From positions 1 through 64,000 of the forward strand of contig NW_026865242.1 of assembly GCF_026571515.1 (NCBI RefSeq): a stretch of DNA of 64,000 bases. Reading direction: 5' to 3'. The notes beneath the pieces were generated by a model. It saw nothing but the letters and a program-made list of their open reading frames with translations, was not told the DNA's origin and did not search any database. This document shows positions 10,690-21,197 of this stretch, one piece after another. Within the stretch, counting starts at the first letter, position 1. Each line of letters starts with the position of its first letter. Both the position numbers and the translations under genes were made by a program. This stretch comes from Ruditapes philippinarum (Eukaryota).

Positions 10690-13600
10690 CTATAAAGTTA
10701 CGTCAATGTTGCTGGGTAGAAAGAAAGTATCCATGCCAACCATTTTCTCAAGGGCTGTTACAAGCTTTTGATCGTAAAGTTTACATAGAGTGGTATTGCC
10801 TGAACTGTAACTAAACGTGTAAACTGAACAGTAAGCTTCAGTAATGCAGAGCTGTTGACAGCGGTCAAGATCTGCGCGCTTATCATCTTCATCGTCAATA
10901 GAGATTTCTGGACCAATAACAGAAACATCGCTTAATTTCAGTTGGGTGTCCATTTTCACTGTAAAGATATTACTCTGCCAAAGAGGGTCCGGTTTTTCTG
11001 TTTTGACAGCTGAAATTGCCGAGTTATTTAGTCCCCTCAGTAAAAAACACTTCTTGTAACCGGGATCTTTACTCAAACATGAAATGCAGTAAGTTGTTGC
11101 TTTGCAGAGGACATCTTTCAAACATTTGTCGATGCATCCAGATATCGAGGTGACGGCAAGTTCTTTGTAGTGTCTTAATAGTTTTGTGTTCTGTAAGATG
11201 ATTCCAGCGCCTAGATTTGCACAAGATTCCACTTTACCAGCTTCTTGCAGAAAGGAACAATATTGGTACTTTAAGCCTATTATATGACCACGCATCTTTT
11301 GATAGTTGATTGTCATGTTTTCCATAAATGTATCTGTAAAAAGGTCTTCGATCGATGAAAGTTTATACTCCGTCGGTATTGGGTTTGACTGAACCTCTAA
11401 GGCCCACGATAGCGCCGTTCCATTTTCTGCTGGGGCGATACCAACAGGAATTACTTTTGTTTCAACATTCTCTTCGAATTCGGGGGCATATCTCTGAAGC
11501 GTAGTTGACAAACTAGCATCAAGAGATAAACGTTTTGCCCCTACGTAATCTGATAAAATATTCACGTTGACATTCCGCCTCTTTAATTGATTATAATATT
11601 TTGACGACATTTTGTGTTCAAATGTATATCTAGCTCCAAATGTAACTTCTTTTACGAAATGTGTGCCGTAAGTGTCAAAAAGCTTGAAGTAAAGTTGAAT
11701 GTCAAGATCCGCTTCATCGAGTTTGTTTAAGAGATTAAGAAAAGCCTCGTCGAATTGTGGAGCTTCCTCCTGTACCAACTTACTAAAATAATATTTGCAT
11801 TTTACTGTGGAAAACACGTAAACAGTTGCACCGGATGATAGTTTTGACGACGTTTGCTTATACCCAATGCTTGCAGAGAAGCTTTCACCCCATGGGTTTT
11901 CTGAAGTGTCTTCGGTGTTCTTCGGTGCTTTCGCGTCATTGTCTCCTTGTTTTCTGTCTTCACCTTCTATGTTAGTGTGTGCTTCAAGAAGTTTTGAATA
12001 TTCATATTGTGTTTGAACTGTCTGAGAGGTTACTGAAAGGAAACATGAAACATCAGGGTTGACAACTAGTCCATCGGGTACAAAGAAACGGCAATCAGCG
12101 GATACACCATTTGAGGAAAAATCGGCAGCAAATATAGGGTAGGTGAACCCTGGGTCGTGACCATCTGCCAGCGGAAATCCCTTCAGTATATGATACCCGT
12201 ACAACGCGTAGTCGATGTTTGGAAAGGAACGCTTGAATTTAACATTGCCGCAGTGTTGAAAGGCGTGCTTCGAACCTAGATATAAGCATAAAATATTCAT
12301 AAAATATAATCTCGAAATATCTGCTGTCTTTCTATTTTATATCGGAGACAATTAATTGTGTATCTAAACTAAATATGCTATTTATTACTGCAGTATCAGA
12401 ATTAGTTCCTTGCTGATATTCNNNNNNNNNNNNNNNNNNNNNNNNNNNNNNNNNNNNNNNNNNNNNNNNNNNNNNNNNNNNNNNNNNNNNNNNNNNNNNN
12501 NNNNNNNNNNNNNNNNNNNNNNNNNNNNNNNNNNNNNNNNNNNNNNNNNNNNNNNNNNNNNNNNNNNNNNNNNNNNNNNNNNNNNNNNNNNNNNNNNNNN
12601 NNNNNNNNNNNNNNNNNNNNNNNNNNNNNNNNNNNNNNNNTCTTCTTCTGTTCAATACATCATTACATAAATACATGAAATACGTATAACTTATTTATAA
12701 TTTTTTGGGTAGAAAAAAAGTATCAGTTTTACAAATCATTAAGTGCAATGAGTGCACCACTCACCTATATTTAAGTCTATGTCGTCATACGTATTGGCTA
12801 CCGGCTTCATCTCCGACGCTAGGGAAACCAGTGAATCTATTGCACTAGAGTACAGGAAGATAATAATATTTAATTCATAAAAGTTCTTTTTAAGAAATGT
12901 TATTAAAACCATGTTTTGGAATTTTAGGTACAAATTTAATTTATCTTATTGAAGCATTACTTATTGTAATGTTATGTAATGTAATAATAATAAAATTAAT
13001 GCCGGAATTGGGAAAATAAATAGCCGGGATCAAGCCCTTGATTTCCGCTGTTGGTTCAAATCCCGCCAGGGACTTCGGAGGAAGCAAAGCTATCTAGCTA
13101 GCTTCCGGAACGTTGGTGGTTCTACTCAGATGGCCGCTCGTGCCTGAAATGGCGCATTGAGGGGCACCTGAGGTCTTTCTCCACCAGTAAAGCTGGAAAG
13201 TCAACGTATGGCCTTTGAAAAGTGTCGGTGTGGCTTAAAACCCAACGAAATAAACAAAACATTAAAGATATACTATGCTCAAATTTGATATTATAAAATT
13301 TTGATAATTGCTACACAGTTTCTTTGTAAATATAAAATAAACATGTTTTGACTTCAGGGTTTTTTTAAAAGAAAAGACCAACTTTACTTGACCTGTTACC
13401 GTGAACGCAGCTTCACGTGCATTGTTTACTCATTCTTGTAATCAAAGTAGACATATTCAGTAAGAATTTCACAAATTTCAATAGATCTATGCAGTTAAAA
13501 TACTTTAATTAAGGATGAGCATAGTATATCTTTAGAAAAACAAACGTTAATCTTAGCTTTAAGAAAAAGAAGAAAGAAAAAACACCTTCCGCTTACTTGT

Positions 13601-14915
13601 TTTCTTTGATGTGCGTAAGTGTATATGCTACAACTGCTCCACTGACTATTAAAAACACTGCCATATACTTCAGCGCTGTTTTGATTCTCTATAAAACATT
13701 TAAACATTCATGATTTGCATCAATGAACATTTTCAAATATATTTTAACAGTTATTTTCACCTGAAGCCGAAATAAATAAACAATTTTAAGAATAATTTCT
13801 AAACTTCATTTTTTTTGTCTGTAGTGTTCAATATTTTTTGTTTGTTCAATGGCCTTCTTTCTATGGACGAGCTTTTTGTTAATCTTATGCAATTGATTAA
13901 TGATAAGAATGATTTTACAATAAAGCTGAGGTTTTTTTTCGCTGAAGATTTTGCAAACTTATAGTTTGCAAATATGTTATATGCAGTGGATGAACTATAT
14001 ACATCGTATTGTACCAATTAAAGATATATATAGGATCTCACATGAGATGTAATATAATTTTATAAGGTTATTACACATTGCTGAGTTCAATATTGAATTC
14101 TAATGGACTATTACTCAGTTGTGAAACCTATATCGGACGATGCACCAGCTCACTCAACCTCTTTATTTCACACCTCCAATCGTTTTACATTTCGACAGAA
14201 CTTTTTTTACTTTGGATACAATATGAAATTCATATGGATTTGGACAAACGACGCTAGATTGATAAAACTGGTTTCAATTATGATTGATATTGGAACATCA
14301 CGTGGTGCAAACGCTAAATGTTAACTGGTAACATTTCAAACGATGCGAAATAAAAAGAAATACGTCATGGAAAACAGACGTCATGTGATAAAACAAGTTA
14401 TCACATATCCGTGCCGTTTTTGCGTCTCCGTAAATATGGTGTTGCACGGCCGTGCACATATTTTGACGTGACGTCATTTTTGCGGTATATAAACATACAG
14501 TAGCGTTAAGACGTGCAAAATGTTAGCGTTACACTATAGGCGCATCAATGAAAAATGGTTCTTTTTGAACTCGCTGAATAAAATAATTTTATTCAACTCG
14601 TTCAATAAATTCAGAATTAAACTTACACTCATTCAATATCCTCTATATAATGTTTGATGTTAGTTTTCGATTCAGCCTGGTAAATTAATAATTACTTAAA
14701 ATCTAAACTTTTAAGAACCCCATTTAATTTTCCTGGCGTCACAAATCTTATTAAATGAAAAGACTTACCAAGGATTTGTACCTGGGTTCAGGTGTAGTCT
14801 TATATTCCGACTGGTGTAAACCACGGCGTTCTTGTAATCGAGGTAATATCTCACTATGATCTCTAAGCGGAATACCATCAGTTTCTATCTCCCTCGGGCT
14901 GAGTATGGTTGCCAT
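10690..14915 (-). CDS. MACPF-domain protein with N-terminal tail + hydrophobic anchor and two PAN/apple-like domains, paralog 2 (634 aa)
   Basis: Coding exons complement(join 14769..14915, 13597..13688, 12765..12844, 10690..12275). The first two exon sizes (147, 92 nt) and the intron phases equal paralog 1. N-terminus MATILSPREI...RYKSL|RIKTALKYMAVFLIVSGAVVAYTLTHIKENN|AIDSLV...LNIG|SKHAFQHCGNVKFKRSFP. Motif YGTHFVKEVTFGA. The N gap lies in the last intron. Confidence 0.88.
12422..12640. other. Assembly gap (N run)
   Basis: 219 N bases. Confidence 1.
13020..13258 (+). mobile_element. tRNA-derived SINE, degenerate 5' end
   Basis: B-box GGTTCAAATCC. Body (agctagctt..gtggttctactcag..ggggcacct..ctccaccag..aagctgga) shared with the copies at 31950 and 54833. 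A-rich tail. Confidence 0.75.
14028..14648. repeat. Interspersed palindromic repeat family ending in ...CACTCATTCAATATCCTCTATA
   Basis: The right half matches the reverse complement of ~30291-30630. Related pieces at ~19520-19650, ~20020-20190 and ~37200-37275. Class not determined. Confidence 0.6.
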
Positions 14916-15845
14916 TATATATGCGATGAATATTAAAATAGTAAATTAGTTTATTTTAACCATGCAGAAATAAACAAAATGTGTAGGTATGATATGTCGA
15001 TCATAGTATGATAATGGAAATTCAATACAGAAAACTTTGCTATTGAAAACATTGGGTGTTTGGGTGTTTGTTCCTTTTGTCCGAGCCACACAAGGAAGTT
15101 TAGTAGTCATGTCGCTATCGCCGTGGTTTCGAGGTGGTTAAAGCTATTTTTAGTGTCATATTTTGTTAAAAACATAGATATATTGATAGGGCATTTGATT
15201 TCTAAAGTTTAAAAACTCTTATGTGTACAATCGAATTTTACACTGCTACGATGAACCTTAAATGAAGATAGTATCAAGCCTGGATCTTCCTGATTGTAGG
15301 AAATCATCAGAATTGCGTTGGAATTTCTGACTGTTCATTGGAATTTCTGACTGTTCATCGGAATTTCTGACAGTTCAAACATGCGTTTCTCTCTGCGGAA
15401 AATTCCAAAAAGCATTATATTTATCCTTACTCATTAGAATTCCAGACTTTTTGCTGTATTTCACAAAAAATAAAAATGAAAAGCTATCAGTATTAAAGAA
15501 ATATCCTTTATTACTGTTTTTTCCCCGCCAAACTCTAATCTCAAAAACTAACGTTGCGGGTGTGATTTGTTTTGGGTAGAACATAATATGTGCATTTTAT
15601 CAGTTGAAAATTTATGTGTATGGGTATAATCTAAGCACCTTACTATGATAAAACTAAACGTCGAGTGGCATTTTATGTAAAATTCAAATATTTCCACTCG
15701 AAGAAAAAACACAAACTAATTAATTGACTTTTTTCTGCGTATTTCGAACTTAACGAAAGTAAATCGCATTGATATGCCAAATACATTTTGAGTGACACTT
15801 TCACTCAAGTCAAATATATTGACTGACACTTTCACTGAAGTCAAA

Positions 15846-15998
15846 ACACTTAAAGTTGGAAATCATTACAGATCCAGAAAGTGATGCAACCTTGTTTAGA
15901 AGAGCTTGGGAAGTAGAGCGGGTGCGGCTTTTAAAGGAGGGGTGGGTGCGTCCAGATGCGTCCTTTAATGGAGAGTTTGTGCGTTCTAAAGTGGAGTA
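15846..15998 (+). repeat. 153-bp direct repeat (left copy of putative LINE target-site duplication)
   Basis: Matches 23005..23157 with one mismatch (ttgtttag vs ttgcttag). Abuts the LINE tail. Confidence 0.92.
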
Positions 15999-16377
15999 TA
16001 TTATTATTATTATTACACTTTATTTCCCATTTTCATAGATTTTAACATAATAGAAGAAAAAAAACATATATATATATATAAATGTACAATCACAATCATT
16101 ACAAGTTATACAATAATTCAACATAGAAAATATAGGTCATGGTGTAAACATAGGTTAAGCACATAAATTTATATGCATCATAATATAATTTATACATATT
16201 TACATTTGTAACAAAAGATGCTGCATGTGATATATATATATATTTATATATATAATTTATTGTCTAGAATTCCATTTAAAATTAGTGCTTTAACGAAACG
16301 AAAACAAAAACACTAAAAAATGGATTAACATCTAGGTACGCTTATTGTTTGATATGACACAATTTGTGAAATATATT

Positions 16378-18177
16378 TCAGTTAGTTTCTCTGACAGTAA
16401 ACTTGTTGCCTACAACAAGTTTTATATAAGCAAACGACTGGAATAAAAAGGAGTGGTACTCGTTTGGGTTTATTGCACATGTGTTTAAAAGAAGAGATCC
16501 CATCATAGCGTCAAGTTTTAAAGGATTTGAAAGATTATGTATGTCTTGTATAATATTGATATTTACAATGGAATTGAGTTGATCAAAAAAGTGTGATCTT
16601 TCATTGTTGTTAGATGGACATTCTAAACATATATGTGTCAATATATCACTTGTTTGAACGTTACATTTTAAACACATCTGGATTTTTAAGTATGATACAC
16701 TTGCCCATAATTTTGCAATGTACATACACAAAGTCAACTCCTGAGCATTACGTGGTATTTCGTAAATTATAGCAGGTTTAAGGTCCAGATGTAATCTTCT
16801 GAAACGAATAAAGTCTTCATCTTCAAAGATATTTTTTCTCCATTCAAAAACTGTAAACGATTTAACAGCTTTTTTAACAATTATTTTCCACATCCATTTA
16901 GATGCAAAACGACCACTTTTGGCATAGTTGTATAAGTAATCTGTTAAATTATATTTTCTTAGAATTCTAAATATATCTGGTATGAATCCTTTCTGAATAG
17001 TGAAATTTCCATTTATAAACAGCTGTAATCTAAGATCGAAAATTTGTCTTGCCAGTAGATATGTTGGTGTTGTGCATAGTTTTTCGAGAAAAAGTAATTT
17101 TCTTTTGTCAATATTTGACTCCATTGATGACCAACCAAGCATACTTAGTGCGATGTCCGTTCTTGTTCTTTGACTGAAATTTTGTATACGTTTGGCACAG
17201 AATCTAACAAACTTTTCTACGATATTTGAATCATTCAATGTCATGCTATTCCATAGTTCACAGCCGTAAAGAGTCGTAGGGAAAACTATTTTTTCAGTCA
17301 TATTTGCTAGAATCATTGGATTTATTTCAGAGTCTTCATTTCTTAAGTCCAATATTGAAAATAAGGAACCTCGGCCTTTTGAGCACCTAGTTTCGATTGA
17401 ATTAGTACATTTTAGTGATGGCACAACATCAATACCGACGTGGCGAGCACTATATACACGTTGTAGATTCGTTGATGCTATCCGAATCATCGGTGGTATA
17501 TGTGGGTTTCTTTTAAAGCTGCATATCAAAAATTTGCTTTTTTCTCGATTAAAAAGGAACCTCCATTTACATGAGTATGAATATGCAATATTAAGAGATG
17601 ACTGTAGAGAATTTGCATCCGGGCAAATAAGAGTAATATCGTCTGCCATTGTAGGCGCGGAGCAGTTTAATTTTCCCACAAAACAACCTATTTTATTGTT
17701 TTCTAGTTCATTCAGAAGATCATTTATGTAGATTAAGTAGTAAAAACTTGACAACACTCCTCCCTGTCTTGTTCCTTGGTGCAATAAAAACGCATCTGTG
17801 ACAGTTCCATTCACATATATCATACTCGTCATTCCGCTGTAGCATTTCATTATTATTCGTAGAGTTTTTGATGGTATGCCGATTTGTTTGAGTTTGTAAA
17901 ATAGTCCATTGTGCCAGACTGTGTCAAAGGCTGACGAGGTGTCTAAAAGACCAACATATGGTTCTGAACCATTTTCGCAATAATATGACACGGTTTCTCT
18001 CAGGACGAATGAAGTTGTTAATGAACCAAGATACTTTTGATAGCCATTTTGTAATTTATTCGGAAATTGCATTTGTGTCTCACATAACCATTTTTGTATT
18101 CTGTTCATTTTAACTTTTTCAAACAGTTTATAAATAACTGGTAAAAGTGACACTGGTCTATAACTCGTAACTTTCTT
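16378..18177 (-). pseudogene. LINE ORF 3' half (reverse transcriptase + CCHC finger)
   Basis: Continues in frame as KKVTSYRPVSLL. The joined ORF is 3546 nt, 1181 aa, without stops. Confidence 0.9.
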
Positions 18178-18185
18178 AGAGCACT

Positions 18186-21100
18186 GTAAGGCCACATGTG
18201 TCACAAATCACATTCGTCACAATTGTGAAGAATGAGATCACATTCGTCACAAATTTTGTGATGCATGTGATCCAATGTTTTAGACAATCACATTCGTCAC
18301 GAGTTTAAAATCACAAATGTCACAAATTTGAGATAAATATTGTTTCTTCAATGCTTTTCACTGAGTCACAAACGTCACAAATTTTTAGGACTGAAATCAA
18401 TTATTGGAACTAAAACTACAGACATTTTTATCCCCTCCCCGCTGATGAAATCGGGAGTGATGGGACTGTTTTAGCGTGTTCGTCCGCCTGTCAGTCCAGA
18501 TTTAGTTTCCGCACTATCCGGCCATTGATTAGTTATTATACACTGTATATGGAATCATTTCGTTTCCACGCTATTTTTTCAGCAACTTCTGGATGGATAT
18601 CGATGCTGCAACTTTGTAGGAACCTTCATTCACAAACCAGTTGCACATATAACCAGCATATCTCCATTTCTTTTTTAAAAAACAGACTTATTGCCCCTTG
18701 TTGTTGTTGTTATTTATAAAACACTGTATATAGAACTATTGCTTTTCTGCGCTCTAGGAATTTCAACGAAATTTAGTTTAATATAAAGAGGAGATGCGCA
18801 TCTCGAAAAATCTCGACGGGACACTAAAGGATTTGGTCCGACTTGAGGGTACGGTCGCTTATATGGGCTTTCCGGCGGCGACTTTAGATAAACACATAAA
18901 CAAACAAACAAGATGTGCATATCATCATCATCATCATCATCAGTATTTCCCGTTTGGCCGTTTAATACAGAGTTATGATCCATAATTTATTATCATTTAT
19001 TGTTCATAGAAAATCTTCGCGGCGAAGAAACGAAACAAAAAAGACACGGCGTAAATCAGCAACAAAGTGTTTTATTGAAACCGTGTGGACATATAACACA
19101 ATTCGTAATGTTTGATTATGCGTCCTTTTCAATATTTTGAATTGCTACACGATAATATTACATTACATTACAACTTACATGCTATCCTACTTGATATGTT
19201 TAATAACGTTCTGTACTATACAGTCGCGCAACAACATTCTGTATTACACAACACTTTTCAGCATTTAACTACAAAATAATTATTTATCACGTTTGAAGTC
19301 GCGGGAGTGGAATAAAGCCATTACATATTTTCCATATTACACTAGTGTAATATCGTTTTGACGTGCTCTTCATGTATACTGAAGGAAATAAAATATCTAT
19401 CTACGTTAGCGGACGTTGCTTAATTTTACCGCGCTTATAAGGGAAAATAACGACAAGTTTTCGCTTTTTCGGCGGCAAAAGTTTACCTGTGATAAAAAGA
19501 ATATTACATTCGTGTCTTTTAACATTGAATTTATTAAACTCGTTGAATAAAATAATAAAATGCTCGGCAGAGCCTCGCAATTTATTATTTTATCAAACTC
19601 GTTTAATAAATTCAATATGAAAAGACACTCATGTAATATCCTATATTTATTTGATGCTAACTAATGAAATACTGTTCTATCAATGAAATATATTCATATT
19701 ATATCAGTCACAGTGTGGTGATATAGATTTGGGTGATATAAGCCACGCCCACTCTGCGTACGTATTTATAAGTCTGGATTCCCTAAACATGCATTAAAAA
19801 TAACTGTTTAATTTCATTCTAAATGACATATTTCTCGATTCAAATGTCCGTAATTTTGTAAGATTGTTGACAATGAGACCGCAAAAAGAAATATAAATAA
19901 ATAAGGATTATTTTGCTTGCAGCGTTAACGTTTGCCGTCATATTGTTTACGCGCGCGTAGTCTCCGCGCTTCAGTAGTAAACGGTCTAAAAGCACTTTTC
20001 AAAAGGCACATAAAATAAAAAGAAAATGTGTTTGCTTTTCGTGAATATGAACTATATCTCACATCGAAGTGAGAAAATGTTCATATTTTCACTCGCGCTA
20101 CGCGCTCGTGATACATATTTCATTTTTTTTCTCACTTCTCAGTGAAATATATTTCATATTCACTCAAAACAAACAAATATCCTCTATAAAATTCACTAAA
20201 CACCGTCGTTTGAAACTATCTAATCATAAAAGGCGAAAAAAGCTAAGACGCGTCGAAACGATAAAACGGCCCCGCCACAAAGACACGATCTGTTTAAACG
20301 AATTAACTATATTATTATTACTAGTGGAATAGATATGGAAAGTTCCATAGAGCGTCTGCAAGCAATTGGCACAGACTTGCAAAATCGTCTCAGGAAAGAA
20401 GGTTCCTAGATGTCAAAATGTCATACTCTTTAATTGAACCAAGATTCCTGAAAGTCTGCGGAAGTCAAAAGTCTGTCAGACCAAAAAAGGTTCATTGATG
20501 TCAAAAGGTCCTAATCTCTAATTAGATATCCTGAAAGTCAACGTGGGTCTCAGCTACTTCCCAAACAATCATATATGGTCTCATTGGTGTAAATATGGTC
20601 ATAATTTGTACTGAAACTAAGATTAAGTCTGTGAGATTCCTTTAGACTGTCGCTGTATGGTGGGAAGAAATTTGAGGTTCACAGAGGTAAAAAGATCACT
20701 TCCAGTTGAAGTCTGATACTATGCCGTGCATTGTCACCAAAATTTTTTGAAGGTTTCGAGAACGTAAGACGACTTGATAGCAATACCATTACGACAATGC
20801 GACAGTTCTATGAAGACAATACAATGCCGACGATACGATATTGCAACAAGTTAGTACGATGGCGATAATGCAATGGTGGTGAAAAGATATTGGTATCGTG
20901 ATGTCGACATCACAATATCGATTTATTGCATTGTCGCCCTTGTACTATCGCACTGATATAACCACGATTGTCCTTATGATATTCCGTGTATCACATATTG
21001 AAAAATAAACTTGTGACATTTGTGATTCGCCTGTTTAAAAATTCTCAATTTTGCTTGTGACGTTTGTGATTGGCATTTTTACCCGATTTTGGTCAATCAC

Positions 21101-21197
21101 ATTCGTCACAAAAGTCATTTGTGACGAATGTGATCACATTCGTCACAAATTCATAAAAACTTGTGACGAATGTGATTTGTGACACATGTGGCCTAAC
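18186..21197. mobile_element. Non-autonomous TIR DNA transposon (~3.0 kb) inserted in the LINE ORF
   Basis: TIR GT(A/T)AGGCCACATGTGTCACAAATCACATTCGTCACAA. Subterminal arrays of ATCACATTCGTCACAA at both ends. Flanking duplication AGAGCACT (18178-18185, 21198-21205). No transposase ORF. Confidence 0.9.

Noticed and set aside
12276-12300. ORF-track start MNILCLYL for MACPF paralog 2 (and the TTG start at 2228 for paralog 1)
   Set aside because: The first is intronic sequence upstream of a splice acceptor and the second is an internal Leu codon. The real starts are at 14915 and 7267.
12332-12676. ORFs spanning the N run, or a hidden extra MACPF exon
   Set aside because: Artefact of the gap. The flanking exons already join in phase and mirror paralog 1, though a small exon inside the gap cannot be excluded.
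15856-16038. 60-aa ORF MEIITDPESDATLFRRAWEVER
   Set aside because: Non-ATG start, and it lies in the duplicated target sequence and LINE tail.
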